Source of the DNA: Eledone cirrhosa
Lineage: Eukaryota
Reading direction: 5' to 3'
Assembly: GCA_964016885.1 (NCBI GenBank)
Contig: CAXHJY010000684.1
Location: forward strand, 21,308 to 85,307
Length of the DNA stretch: 64,000 bases
Positions within the stretch are counted from its first letter, which is position 1, and the number at the start of each line of letters is the position of its first letter. The translations under genes were made by a program, and so were the position numbers. The notes beneath the pieces are model-generated. The model was not told the origin of the DNA and searched no databases. It saw only the letters and a list, made by a program, of their open reading frames with translations. This document shows positions 28,856-44,249 of this stretch, one piece after another.

Positions 28856-29315
28856 CATACCTTTTATTTTTCATCTTGAAACATATATATATTTGTGTGA
28901 GGAAATAGTGTGTATTCGGGGGAGGATATCCATGTGTGTATACATATGCATATACTATAATTAATTATATGTTTATATGCACATCTTTTTCTAAGATCGT
29001 GTATGTTAAGAGATCTGAAAAATCACTTGGAGCATATTGTCTGTATTGTATATAATAACGTAAGGCCAGTGCTGCGGCTCATATACTGGAGAGGAAGTGA
29101 TTTTGCTATCATAAGCAATCGGAATGTAGGCGTGTAGGCTGCCCGCCTTTCTATATAAGAGAGGATAATTATAAGGATTCTCGGCTGTGACTGCATATGG
29201 CTTTATATTGAAAATGTCTATATGTCACTTCGCTTCCCTCTCGCATCTCTCCTCCTCTCTTTCTCTCGCTCTCTCTTGCTCTCTCTCTCTCTCACTCTTT
29301 ATCCCTCTCTCTCTT

Positions 29316-29346
<31 letters not shown>

Positions 29347-29800
29347 ATATGTCTACTTAATACACAAACTCAGCTGACTATATTAACACACATATGTCGT
29401 ATGGAGAACACATTTTCAACTGGAATCACACGTAGTATCACGTAGTAGCATGTATGTATGTATGTATGTATGTATGTATGTATGTATGTATGTATGTATG
29501 TATGTATGTATGTATGTATGTATGTACGTTATACGTATGTATGCGGGCATGAATGTATGTATGTATGTATATGTTTGTATATATATATATATACACACAC
29601 GTATATATGTATACATATATATATATACGATAAACATTGACAGGACCCAAACAGTGGAATACATTTTAATGTTGAGTGTATTTAGAAACATTTAAAATAA
29701 ATTTGTATTTTCATATCCATGAATGCGTGTATGTGTGTGAGTACGCGCGCGTGCATGTGTGTGTGTGTGTGTGTAGAAATTTAAGTGTATGTTTTGAAAT

Positions 29801-29838
<38 letters not shown>

Positions 29839-30138
29839 TGTGTGGATCAGTTTGTAAATGTCTGCCTAATCTCGCATCCATCAATACACGCCCACACATA
29901 CAAAACTGTATACACCGAACCGCTCGTACGTAAAACCCGTGTGCGTGGAAACATACATATCTGAACACTCACACACGCTCGCATACATACACACATACAC
30001 ACGCACACGCATACACTCACACAGATTTAAGCACACACATACATAAGCACAGACTGAGGGGCACGTGCGCCTGTTATCATGTTGATGAGGAAAATTGGTG
30101 TAGTAAAGGAAATTATATGTCGCCTATACTTATGCGTA

Positions 30139-30176
<38 letters not shown>

Positions 30177-30313
30177 CGCGCGTATACATACAAACATACA
30201 TAGAGACGGACAGACGGAGAGCCATTCATACACATTTCTTGAGAGCAATCTCTCATGTTGATACATAAATACATTCAGACATAAACACACGCACACACTC
30301 ATACGCATAAGCG

Positions 30314-30411
<98 letters not shown>

Positions 30412-30444
30412 TAGATAGATATACATTACACTTTCCACATGTTA

Positions 30445-30484
<40 letters not shown>

Positions 30485-30588
30485 ATCGTAATGTATATAT
30501 ATATATAATATATATTTAATATAGATGTGTGGGCAGTCAGCCAGTGATTATGTGAGTAAAATAAAGAATTCTGGAAGATAAGAATGAG

Positions 30589-30681
<93 letters not shown>

Positions 30682-30706
30682 TGTGTTTTAAGTGTGTGAT
30701 TCTGTA

Positions 30707-30737
<31 letters not shown>

Positions 30738-31064
30738 GGGAGAGGAAAAGAGAGACCAAGGTGTGTATATAAGATGATACGGTGTTGAGGACGGTGGTGG
30801 TGTTGGTGGTGTTGGAGGTGGAGGTGGGAGGGCGTGTGGGAATAAAAATGATTTCAGGTTTCCGCGCCCCCTCGAGGCGATTCACTTCCAATGATATCTC
30901 TCGCCTCCGCTTTTGTCGTGTGTCTGGTTTGATCGTTGGCAGATGGATCTTTTGATGGCAAGGCGACAGCCATCACGGCAGCCAACACAAACAATTATTC
31001 TGAAAGTGTCTCCCTTTCGCCTAACGGGCGACTTGAAATGACATCTTTTACAGTCAACACACGC

Positions 31065-31510
<446 letters not shown>

Positions 31511-32067
31511 GAGCGATTGAATACGTTCTATGACATTATGCGCACACGCGCGGGCATGTGTGTATGTGTGTGTGCTGTAATACGAGTGTGTCAGTATCTA
31601 TGTGTCTTTGAGTGATTGTATATGTATGCGTTGCGTACTCGGAGGAGCATTACGTGGTGTGTGAAATTACGTGTGCGCGCGTGTGTGTGTCTGTGTGTGT
31701 GTGTTTATGTATATGAGCATCTATGTATGTGGATATATATCGTATATGTGCATATGTGTGTGCCCTGTTAGCGCATGTGTACGTCTGTTGTTTGTGAACT
31801 GGTGTCAGATTAAAGAAGAAAGGGATGTATTAAAAGGTATTGCAAGGTGAGAAAAAAAAAAAATGGAGTGGAGTGATGATGGTGATGGTGGGGAAGGGGA
31901 TGGGCGCAGAGAATGTGAGAGATAGAGAGAGAGATTGAGAGAGAGAGAGAGAGAATGGGGGAAGAGAGGGGGTTGAGAGAGAGAATGGAAACAAAGAAAA
32001 GAACATCATCAATAACAACAGTAACTTGAAGAAGAAGGAGGAGGAGGAGGAGGAGGAGGTGGAAGTG

Positions 32068-32136
<69 letters not shown>

Positions 32137-32411
32137 AAGACGAAGAAGAAGAAGAAGAAGAAATGAAACAGAAAGTTAAAGTGAAAGAAGAAGAAAGGGT
32201 GGGGGGGATGGGGTGAGAGAGAGACTAAAACAAGACAGGCAGAGGCGGAGAGAAAGTGAGTAAGAAAGAGAAAGACAAAGAAAGAGAGAGGGAGGAGGGA
32301 GAGCGAAACGGAGAGAGGCAAGTAGGGGTGGGGAAATAGATAAAGGGGTATAAAAGGGCTTTGGTGACAAAACAGGAAGTGGAATAAACAGGAAGAACAG
32401 AAGAAAGAGAG

Positions 32412-32990
32412 TTTGGTGGTGGTGGTGGTGGTGTTGTTGTAGTGGTGGTGGTGTTGCTGTAGTGGTGGTGGTGGTAGTGGTGCTGGTAGTGGTGCTGGTG
32501 GTGATGGTGATGGCGGTGTTGCTGTAGTGGTGAGGGTGGTTGCGAGGGTGGTGGTGTGTGAAGGTGGTAGTGGTGATGGCGGTGGTGATGGTGATAGTGG
32601 TGGTAGTGGTGAAGGTGGTGATGGTGATAGTGGTGTTGCTGTAGTGGTAGTGGTGGTGGTAGTGGTGGTGGTAGTGGTGATGGTGGTGATGGTGATGGTG
32701 GTGTTGCTGTAGTGGTAGTGGTGGTGGTGGTGTTGGTGGTGGTGGTAGTGGTGATGGTGGTGATGGTGATGGTGGTGTTGCTGTAGTGGTAGTGGTGGTG
32801 GTGGTGGTGGTGGTGGTGGTAGTGGTGATGGTGGTGATGGTGATCGTGGTGATGCTGTAGTGGTAGTGGTGGTGGTGGTGGTGGTGGTGGTGGTGGTAGT
32901 GGTGATGGTGGTGATGGTGATCGTGGTGATGCTGTAGTGGTGGTGGTAGTGGTGGTGGTAGTGGTGATGTTGGTGGGGTGGGGGGTGGGG
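32412..32990. repeat. G-rich minisatellite built from (GGT)n with a recurring TGCTGTAGTGGT anchor
   Basis: Anchor recurs with variable spacing of roughly 55-115 bp. Confidence 0.85.
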
Positions 32991-33125
32991 GTGAATGGGA
33001 GAAAGAAAGGGAAAGTGAATGAGGGATTGAAAAGAGGTTAAAGAATTGAAAGGGAGTAATGAATAAGTAGGGGTGAGTGTGAGAATGTAGGGATCTGCAA
33101 TGTAATGGCAATTGAAGAAACTAGA

Positions 33126-33182
<57 letters not shown>

Positions 33183-33239
33183 CATGGGTGGCGCTGATGC
33201 TGGTGTTGGTGTGTGTGTATGTGTTTGTATATGTATGTG

Positions 33240-33270
<31 letters not shown>

Positions 33271-33398
33271 CTATATATATATATATATGTATGGGTATGT
33301 GTGTGTGTGTACGTATGTGTATGTGTGTATGTGTACGTATATACATATACATATATATATATGTATATACATATACATATATATATATGTATATACAA

Positions 33399-33481
<83 letters not shown>

Positions 33482-33484
33482 CAA

Positions 33485-33543
<59 letters not shown>

Positions 33544-33546
33544 CAA

Positions 33547-33587
<41 letters not shown>

Positions 33588-33659
33588 AATATGATAATAA
33601 TGGAGCTGCGGCGTTGCAAATATATATATATATATATATACATGGGTGAGTGTATTCGC

Positions 33660-33789
<130 letters not shown>

Positions 33790-33919
33790 ACACAGAACAC
33801 CAGCATCGGCACCACACATGAAATATATCACTCACACACATGCACCCAACACCCACACACATATATGTGTGTGTGTGTGTTTGCGTTTGCTGTATATGTG
33901 TGTATCTGAATATATATAA

Positions 33920-33963
<44 letters not shown>

Positions 33964-33968
<5 letters not shown>

Positions 33969-34079
33969 AACAAGTAAGACCCCGACGGCTGAGCTCAAGC
34001 CGTTTCGACGGCTAACTCTGTACAGAATTAGCCGTCGAAACGGCTTCATCTCAGCCGTCGGGGTCTTACTTGTTCCTAT
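33964..34079. repeat. 116-bp spacerless GC-rich palindrome abutting (TA)n
   Basis: Centre TCTGT|ACAGA at 34021/34022; three mismatched pairs. Confidence 0.93.
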
Positions 34080-34156
34080 TACCCACTCTACTACCCTAAG
34101 TATTGAGTACTTTGGTGCGTTATGGTCCACCTGGTTCCTTACCACATATCCTTCGT

Positions 34157-34189
<33 letters not shown>

Positions 34190-34475
34190 TGTGTGTGTAT
34201 ATGCGTATACATAATGTATGATGAAGGTTGAGGGTTCGTATTTCACCACCGTGACAGACAGAGAAAGCGGTGTGTTAACTATCTCACAGCAGTTCTTTTG
34301 TTGTCATTTATATTTTTGTTTTTTCGGAAATGGCGATTATCTTCGGAGCATTAACTATCATTGTTGTGGTGTTATACGTGACAATAAAGATGGCGGTGTG
34401 ACTGGTGGAAGAACGGGGAGGAGTAGGAGGAAGGTAACGGTGATAGAAATGAAAATGGTGGTGGTAGGAATTGGG

Positions 34476-35220
<745 letters not shown>

Positions 35221-35298
35221 GTTGATGGCGATGATGGTGACAATAGACACGTTAGTCATAGTGATGGTGATATGGTTGAGGCTAGTGTAGGCTGCTTC

Positions 35299-35449
35299 AT
35301 TTCCAGCATAGTTACGTCCCTTTACGGTCTGAGTTCAAATCCTGCCGAGGTTAACTTTGCCTTTCATCCTTACGGGGTCGATAAAATAAAGTACCAGTAA
35401 TGTACTGGATAATTGCTGGCCTTGTGCCTAAAGTAGAAACAATTATTAT
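35299..35449 (+). mobile_element. SINE family A, 5'-truncated
   Basis: Near-consensus B box, core and tail. Confidence 0.9.
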
Positions 35450-35520
35450 AGCTCGTCGTATGTTGGTTGTAGTGGTGTCAGTAATAACAGATGTTATAGT
35501 AGTAGTAGTAGTAGTAGAAA

Positions 35521-35591
<71 letters not shown>

Positions 35592-35849
35592 ATAGTAGTA
35601 GTAGTTGTTTTGTAGTAATAATTTTAAGATGCACTGATGATAGTACAGTGTAGTAGTGAAGGTGTAGTGGTTATAGTGCAGGTTTGAAAGCCTTGGCATG
35701 TGTAAAAGTAAAAGTAGGTAAATAATACTGTGTGTTATCTTACGAGGACGAAGATAAAAATAGTTATTGTTGTTTAGTCCCAGGTCAACCCACGTGAATG
35801 ACGATGACAAAAGGCGTTTCAGCCAAGAGTATTCCGACATCTTACGTGA

Positions 35850-35914
<65 letters not shown>

Positions 35915-35919
35915 CATCT

Positions 35920-36869
35920 AAAATGGGCGACTGGCACAACGAATGTGCTCAGACGCTTACAGTCTTCTGGCAAACGGACTCGGCGATCAGTGGAGACTCC
36001 ACCTCGTCATTCTATAGAGGGTTGGTCCGCAGCAAGTGCGACGACGCGCTCGGAGGAACTCTCGGCGTAGAGGAGGACGAACTGGCCAGTCTGTTCGGTA
36101 GGTCCTTCCGCCTGGGACTGATGGACAACTTCCAAAAGTCCCTGGCCTGGAGCTCTACCAGTTCGAGACAAGCTCTACAGACACGGGCGCCCGGGTAGGG
36201 ACCCTTCGAAAAAGATCTGTCCGAGATGCGTGCGCGACGAGGAAACCGTCGCGCACGCATTTGTACACTGCCCGGGCGTTTCCGACCTGTGGGGCTATGT
36301 AGAACGACTATTGTCGCGGGAGGGACCAATCTAGTTGACCACCGAGTCCATTGTCATGATCAAACCGCCACCCTCCTTTAAAAACGAAGGAGAGGCGGTT
36401 TTCCTATGTGTTATGGCTATGGTGAAAGAGGTTATATGGTGGACGAGGTTAAAAGGGCTGAGGTCAGACACCTTTCTCTCCGGCGAACAACTGATTCGTT
36501 TTTTCAAATATCATTTTGGAAGAAGAATCAGGATGGAGAGAGACGCGCTGTACCCCAGCAAATTTGATAAAAGGTGGGTGAATGTTGCAAAGATGGCCCG
36601 AATGGTTGGGCCTTCTCTCTATATAAGCCTGTAGGCTGAGTAAAAAGAGGAAGAGAAGAAGGAAGTACTCACTCTTGGTGCTCCTGGAGTTGAGGGTTGT
36701 ACATTTTTTCGGGGTGTGTACAACCCCTGTGTAACGCCTCCCCCCCCTATTGGGGATTTCAATTGTTATTTGTTATTTTATTAATAGTTTTATTTTCATA
36801 TACCTGTATGTAAACTCCCCATTTGTATTTGTCCCCTTCTTTTGTGCCCTTGTGACTAATAAAGAAATT
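35920..36869 (+). mobile_element. Tx1/L1-clade LINE, 5'-truncated ORF2 C-terminus and 3' UTR
   Basis: FQKSLAW / ALPVRDKLYRHG / CPRCVRDEETVAHAFVHCPGVSDLW (CCHC zf-RVT) / MVKEVIWWTR...; stop at 36634; AATAAA at 36858; (TATC)n on both flanks; frameshifted. Confidence 0.82.
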
Positions 36870-37179
36870 TATCTAACTATCTACATATCTATCTACCTAT
36901 CTAGACTAGTTGACTATTCGTCCGTCTGTCTCTCTATCTTTCTATTTATCTATCAAACAGTCTATTTGTCTTTCCGTCGGTCTGATTGTCAGTGTATCTA
37001 CCTGCTTCACTATTCTTCTATATATCTATGTATCTATCTATAGATCGATCTGTATATCTATCAAATAATGCGATCACACTCTACACAACAGTATTGAATC
37101 CTCATTCAGTTAATATTTTTTAAATACAATGCCATTTTAAAACCATTCTGATCTCTCCTTCTCACGCTCACAGAGAGAG

Positions 37180-37252
<73 letters not shown>

Positions 37253-37282
37253 TATATTTCACTTTATCTTTATCACTAGTTA

Positions 37283-37877
37283 TTGGTTAGTTCGTCAATG
37301 TTCTTTTGTCACACATGCTGTGACATTCTCAATTACTATCTCTTCTCTGCCGTCCTTATCTTCTTTCTTGTCGTAATCTGTTACTCCATCTTGTATTGTC
37401 TTATGGTACATTTTGTTTGTGATTCGCGTATGTGTTTGCACTGGTGCCTTTTTCTGTGTGTGTGTGTCTTTGTGTTTGTCATGTCTATGTGGGTTTTATG
37501 GGGGGGGGGGTATATTTCACTGTTTATCTCTTTTTTCTCACTATTCTGTCTTCAGTCATTAAGTTACGGGCTGTTACTATTCCACTCGTGTTTTCTGTTC
37601 AGGCTCGGACTATCTTCTATTATGTATGCGGCCTCCGTAATATGTGTGAATGTGTGTCAGTTCTATGTGTGGACAGTAACTTTATTTCTCTATTATCTAT
37701 TGAGACCTTGTGTTTCAGTTTGGTGTGTTGTTATAACACTGATGAGCTTTTCTCGCCAGTGTTCCTTTAATCTCCCCCCTGTTATGTTTCTCCTATGTAT
37801 ATCCTTGTCTCGTTTCTGCACCATCCCTCTGTACATCTTAATCTATAGATTACATTTCTAGTGTTGTAGTTTAGCTG
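37283..37877 (-). mobile_element. Penelope-like element relic: GIY-YIG endonuclease, 3' region and decayed hammerhead
   Basis: Minus strand NTRNVIYRLRCTEGWCRNETRIYIGET*...RLKEHW...HITEAAYIIEDSPSLNRKHEW; decayed hammerhead GTCACA(GCATG)TGTGAC-AAAAGAAC at 37293-37335. Confidence 0.8.
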
Positions 37878-37918
37878 CCAAAAACACCAGAGTGTCATAT
37901 TCTTCGATGTTCCCCCTA

Positions 37919-38107
37919 CTAGCGCATCGTTTTAGAAGAGCATTAGACAAAATGAACCCAAGGATTAATTTTGTAGAAAAAGTAGGAGCTCCCATAAAAT
38001 CCCAGATCAGTAGGATATACCTTTTTTAAGAAAACCCCTTGTACGGATAGAAACTGTATATTCTGTGAGGTACCCCTGCAGCTAAACTTGAAAACTAGAA
38101 ATGTAAT
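37919..38107 (+). mobile_element. Inverted upstream segment of the same PLE (Cys-rich RT-to-endonuclease linker)
   Basis: LAHRFRRALDKMNPRINFVEKVGAPIKSQISR / FKKTPCTDRNCIFCE; 38079-38107 is a reverse-complement match to 37849-37877. Confidence 0.7.
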
Positions 38108-39530
38108 ACAAATCATTTCATAGCAAATTGCTGATTAGCAAAAAATGTAAATTTTGATATTCAATTTAAAAATAAAACACAACTGTAACTTGTTTATTTT
38201 TTATTTAACCTCTTTTTTTAGAAAATTTCTTCCGATTTCTATGTTTTAGGCATTGAAGATTGCGACTCGGCAAAATATAAAGCTAAGATTCAACTTTATG
38301 AATTCCTCCATCCATGTAGTATGTTTGTTCTAATTTACTTTGTCGATAATTTAATACACCCGATACGATTCTTACTTTACACAAATTTATTTAACTCTCA
38401 TTGTCATTAATTTCTTCCTAATTTCTTGTAATTATTTAACTTGTACTTCAATATTGCTTCGCTAAGTGTGTGATCTTAACGTCAAATATTTCGTTCAAAC
38501 TAAGCAACACCATTCTATTTGTTAGTTTAGTTTGCAGGTTACTCTTGAACATATTCTTTCAGTCGTGATATTGCTTCGTGGCACACTGTAAATAGCCAAT
38601 ACGCATTATGATAAATTAAATGCTAACAGTTTGTGTCAATAGTTCTCTACTTTTCCAATTTTAGATTGGTCAGCCAAAGCAAATAGGCGAACAGCAGAAA
38701 GACGAGGTGAAAAAAGAATTGGTTTTGAAGGATTTCAATATTTCTAGATTTGAAGGCTTTCTATATTTCCAGATTTTTTTTTTTTTTTGCACATCATTTG
38801 AAAACGAAATCCTAACCATTATTTTTTGCATATTAATATAGAGGTATGTGTTTTTTAGGGATGTTTCTGGCCAAACCGTTAGAGAAATCTTATTCAAAGT
38901 AGATTTTGTTTCCGTGGGAGGTACTATGATTCTATCTCTATGTTCATTGCAAACCTCTTGTAAAATGTAAAATTGTATAGTTTATCGAAGATTCTATGGA
39001 AATATTCTATTCTGTTTTGCGAAAATAAATTAACGTAGGTCTCATAAATGATAAGGTTCATTAATGGTACCTTAGTACACCGCATTTAATGCCCTTGCAC
39101 TATACGTGTTACTAGATTTATTTGAAAATGCACTTTTAATATACCGCACGAGCTAGGAATTATTTATACATTGTAACTTCTTGTAAACCATCTTGTGACA
39201 GAAAAAGAACACATTTTCAAAGGTTGGCTAGACTATATATATTTCCGTATATGATTCACTTTGTAGGGCAGATCCGTATATCATTGATAAGTTCCTTTTA
39301 ACACATAACCGATCCTCAAGAATATGGAAGCATGCTAAATAGAGAGAATGGAAAAAATGCATTTTAAGAGAATCAGGTTTGACAGCAAAAAAGAAAACTT
39401 TTTCACGATTTAGTGCATGTTAGCAATAGTTTTTCGAGCAGAAATTTACCGTAAAACTGAGCTACTAATTTGTAATTGTTTATTGTAACATGGACACATA
39501 GATGTTTTTCACTAGCATTATCATTATCAA

Positions 39531-39866
39531 GGGCGTGGATTGGCAGTGTCGGTAGTGCATTCTGAGTTCAAATCCCGCCGAGGTTAACTTTGCCTTTCAT
39601 CCTTACGGTGTCGAAAAAATAAAGTACCAGTAATACTGGCCTTGTGCCAAAAGTAGAAACAATTATCATTATCAAGGGCGCTGGATTGGCAGAATCGGTA
39701 GAGCACCGGACACCCTGCTTCGCAGCATAGAGTTACGTCCTTTTATGTTGTGAGTTCAAATCCCGCCGAGGTTAACTTTGCCATTCACCCTTATGAGGTC
39801 GAAAAAATAAAGTACCAGTAATGCACTGGGGTAAATGCTGGCCTTGTGCCAAAAGTAGAAACAATT
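39531..39866 (+). mobile_element. Tandem SINE A dimer (first copy internally deleted)
   Basis: Both copies are preceded by ATTATCATTATCAAGGGCG. Confidence 0.88.
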
Positions 39867-40160
39867 ATCATTTGACTCGTCAAAAGGGTAGTGGCTATTA
39901 TTTAAATTTAACTTGTTCTTTCAGTAAAGGGGGAGTAACAATATATGTGCAATGTTTAATGTTCTTTACAGTTTTAAATCGGTTACAATTGATGATGAAG
40001 GAATCCCTGCAATAATTATAATCAATACATCTGAATGATCGACTCTACGAATACTTGTACAGCAAGCAACACATTCTGCTAACTGTAGTACTAATTTTGT
40101 TGTTTCTTATACGGTACAACATTCGTAGTTCCATGGTTTAATACTTTAATTGATTCGGTT

Positions 40161-40206
<46 letters not shown>

Positions 40207-40745
40207 GTATATACATATAAATACTTATCATGAATCTGTATTTACTGATCTAATATATATATATATTAATTCGTTAATTTACAATTATGATTGAATCTGA
40301 AGAAAACAATGAAAACGAATTCCAGTGATCCTTCTCAAGAAAATGTCGTACAAACTTAAACCAGGGAGATATCAGGGGATGTATTTGATTAAAATACTAA
40401 ATGTTCCCCAATATTTAGGTATGATATAATAGATATTATGTGTGTAGGGAATGTAAGTAAGGGTCAAAGCAGCATATTCAAATAAGATTGGGCTTATCTA
40501 CATTTACATGGCAGGAAATATAAAAACACACAACATTTATTGATATGGTTTAATCAATAGTCTTTTATTCGTGGATCGTAGACAGACAAGAATTTTCGAG
40601 AAATTCTTCGGTATTTCCCTTCCATTTTCATGTTGCATATTTTTCTTTCAGTTCACATCATATACCTTAAATGATGACATTATATATTCCAACTTCACTT
40701 TGTTTTTGTTTTTTTTTAACTTCAGAAGTGTAAGAATAAAATAAT

Positions 40746-40927
40746 TGTATCTACTTTTGGCACAAGGCCAGTAATTACCCTAGTGTATTACTGGTACTTT
40801 ATTTTATCGACCCCGTAAGGATGAAAGGCAAAGTTAACCTCGGCGGGATTTGAACTCAGATCATAAAGGGCCGTAACTATGCTGGAAAGCATGGCGTCCG
40901 ACCCTCTACCGATAGTACCAATCCATC
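40746..40927 (-). mobile_element. SINE family A with 12-bp TSD
   Basis: TSD GAATAAAATAAT at 40734-40745 and 40928-40939. Confidence 0.92.
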
Positions 40928-43296
40928 GAATAAAATAATGATATGTAAACAAAAGCATCCAGAAATGTAAAAAACACCTACTCGAATAGCATATAAAGAA
41001 AACTTATATCGTCTATCAATCATCTGGATGTCAGCTTTTGACATCGAGTTGATTTCGTGTTATATAATAGTTAATGTTTGTTCAACAGAGCAGATGTGAC
41101 ATATATTTCTAGGATGGAATAGTTTTATATCTATATTCATATTAATACATTATTTAGTTGTGCAATCTAAGATATTTTAAGGTATGATAACAACGCACAT
41201 TAAATATAAACGCACACATGCACTAATACAAACAACCGCACACACACATTTACACACACTATTGATAATTCAAGTTGAATGCACAGGCTCCATTCCTTTT
41301 TTTTTAAATACCTCAAAACTGAAATCAAAATAGATCGACCGTAAACTATATTAGTGTTTTTTTCTAACAAAATGCGATAAGAAAACCTGGGGAATTCGCA
41401 TTTCTATTTCAATATCTAGGTTATTCTTTCAGATTTACGACAGTTTATATTAATTTTCAATTTGTAAATTACGAGACACATTTCTCAATCTCCAAACAAC
41501 AATTATAATCACAATTACCACCATTCTCATACTCATCCTCACCCTCCTCTTCATCATTATTATCACATGAATTTTTCTTTTCAATAATGCCATAGCAACA
41601 GGGAATAGAGGTCATTATCACCGCATTAATTATGACAAAACTTTTAACTAAATTAATCATAGTTTAAGTCGATATAACACATTTCCCTGACATTAGTTGC
41701 CGTGGTGGAATTGATTATAGGTGTCAGCTTCAAATGAAGCACAGATGAACTGGAGGTAACAGTGAGGTGGTGATGGAGCTGATGTGAGATCGAATTGTAG
41801 AAAGTAATTCATTTCTGTTTTTGCAGGCAGATGTCGTAACAGAGATGCTTAGAATGCTTTGCTAGTAAGTAGTATTGGTATTATTACTATTATTATTGGT
41901 AGTAGTATTCGTAGTAGTAGATTTAATAGTAATAATAATAATAACAATAATTATGATAATTGCTAAAGTTGTAATAATTAAAGCAAAAGTCGTGGATTAG
42001 TATTACTGGTATCACTAATACTAATACTAATATATCATTTATAATAGCAGAATTAACTGTAAAAATGTTAGGGATTGCATTCGAAGGCATAGGAATTATC
42101 TCCCTTGCTTGTTGCTTCTAGATTTTACATATTCCGAAAGGAAGTTTTTATCTACTAATTGCATGCAATATCTCAGTTACACAAATTTCTAGTATAGCCT
42201 TTGTGAGTCCCAACCGTATATGTATTTATTTCACCGAGCAATTCCCTGATGCATTTTACCTCAGCAATATTATTAATATTGTTTTTCTTTATAACAACAA
42301 TATTATTCCGCCATTTTCCAATTTAAACAGAATCAATTAAGCTTCGCTTTATCTCTCTTAGATAGAATCATCACAGGTAATTCTATTGTCTAATATACCA
42401 ACATTACTTGTTTTCCTTATATTCAGAAGACAATATCTTTTGTTATCAACATCTATTTTTCGTAAAGATGAAATTTTGAATTTATTTATTTTTCATTGCA
42501 ATCTCAATTGTTAAATGGCTTCTCTTTACTATAGCTATACAAAGTATCAACTTTCCAAAACAATATATTCTATATCTTTTATTGACCAATATATTCTTTA
42601 AAATTTTTCAACATTTTCTAAATATCGATTTGTTTTTCCTGTACATTAGAAGTTGTCGGAAGCCTTTTTTTTTTTATTCGCCTGTCTTTGTATCAGTATT
42701 TTCCCGAATACATCTGTCTACCTGTCTATCGCCACACTCGTCTCTCTCTCTTTATTCAGTCTGTCTGCTTATAAATTTTTCTCCTTATCACTTTAAAAAT
42801 TGAATATATTATGGTCGAAAATATTACTGTTCAATCAATTACAATTTAAAAGAAATATGCGTGTACAAATTTACAACGATTCAAGTAGTCCGTGTTGATG
42901 GGAGGATTTTATGTGTGTCGATGAGTGTGGAAGTATCCTTGGTACTGAGTAAAACATTAGAGGAGACACCTTTCTTAGACAAATAAGTAAAAATTGAAAT
43001 GTAGTGATGAATTTGTTTTGATATTGTAAAAATTAAAAAATGATTTCACGAAGATAATACTGGTGAAACTACTGCCGGATTATTACATCTTGTTTGAAAG
43101 TAATTAATGCTAAGGTTCCCTCGGAGTAGTGTAGGGGTATTTTGGAAGGTGAACAGGAGAGTAAATATAAATTACTGCCTGCTTCAACTTGAATACACTT
43201 AAACAAACACACAGACAGACAGAGAGACAGACTGATAGATAGACAGACAGACACATAAACACACACAAAAACACACACATACATACACACACAAAT

Positions 43297-43333
<37 letters not shown>

Positions 43334-44249
43334 CATATACATACACACATACATACATACAAACACACACATATATATATATATATACTAGTGTGCATGC
43401 GAATTATATATATATATATATATATACATATATATATGACGAACTATGTGAGTTTGCTTGTGCATTTTAAGGAATTTTCACGATATACCAATAAAATGGA
43501 GAAATGTAATAATATTTATAATCTTTTGTTCTTTTATTAGTTTAGTCATTAGAATGAAGCTATGCCGCGAAACCGCCTCGTATTGCATTACTTATTTTAC
43601 CGAACTCTTTTGGTCGAACCGCTAGTTTTCCGAGTATAAACAAACAGTAAAAGTAAACACACACATAGACACACATAGACAAACACATAGTCACAAACAC
43701 ACGCTCACATATACATATATGCAGGTTCCGTCGGCGGAGTGTCATTCACAAGGCATTATTCAAACTGGGGTTATAGTAGGAAACATTTACCCGAGGAGCC
43801 AAAACCCCATTTATGAAACCAACTCCTTAACCACACATCCTATGTTTCTGCCTATCTGTAGTATATTTCTTTAAAGAACTAATGAATGTATATCATGGCC
43901 AACACTAGAATTGTATTATACACACGTTTTCTTGTCAACATAACTAGAATAGATTTATGTGGGTTACATTTTCGTATAGATGGATGTCCGAACTGTAGAG
44001 TACCATATAGTATTGTATCGGGAGGTTGTCAGACCTAGGCTAGCTGACGTTGGAGACACATTATATCATAGTCTCCGTTTCCAAATTATATCATATACCT
44101 TTCCTCCTGCCTTTCCCTTCCTATGTAACATTATAGGAAAAGTATTTAACATGATTTTACATTTTGAAATTAAATCATCACTACCACCATCACTACCATC
44201 ACTATCACCCCACCACAATTTGGGGATGTCAAATTGGGATTGTACTTTG

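Noticed and set aside
42100-42560. Decayed CR1/L2-type LINE 3' remnant
   Set aside because: Motifs are too degraded to call by eye.
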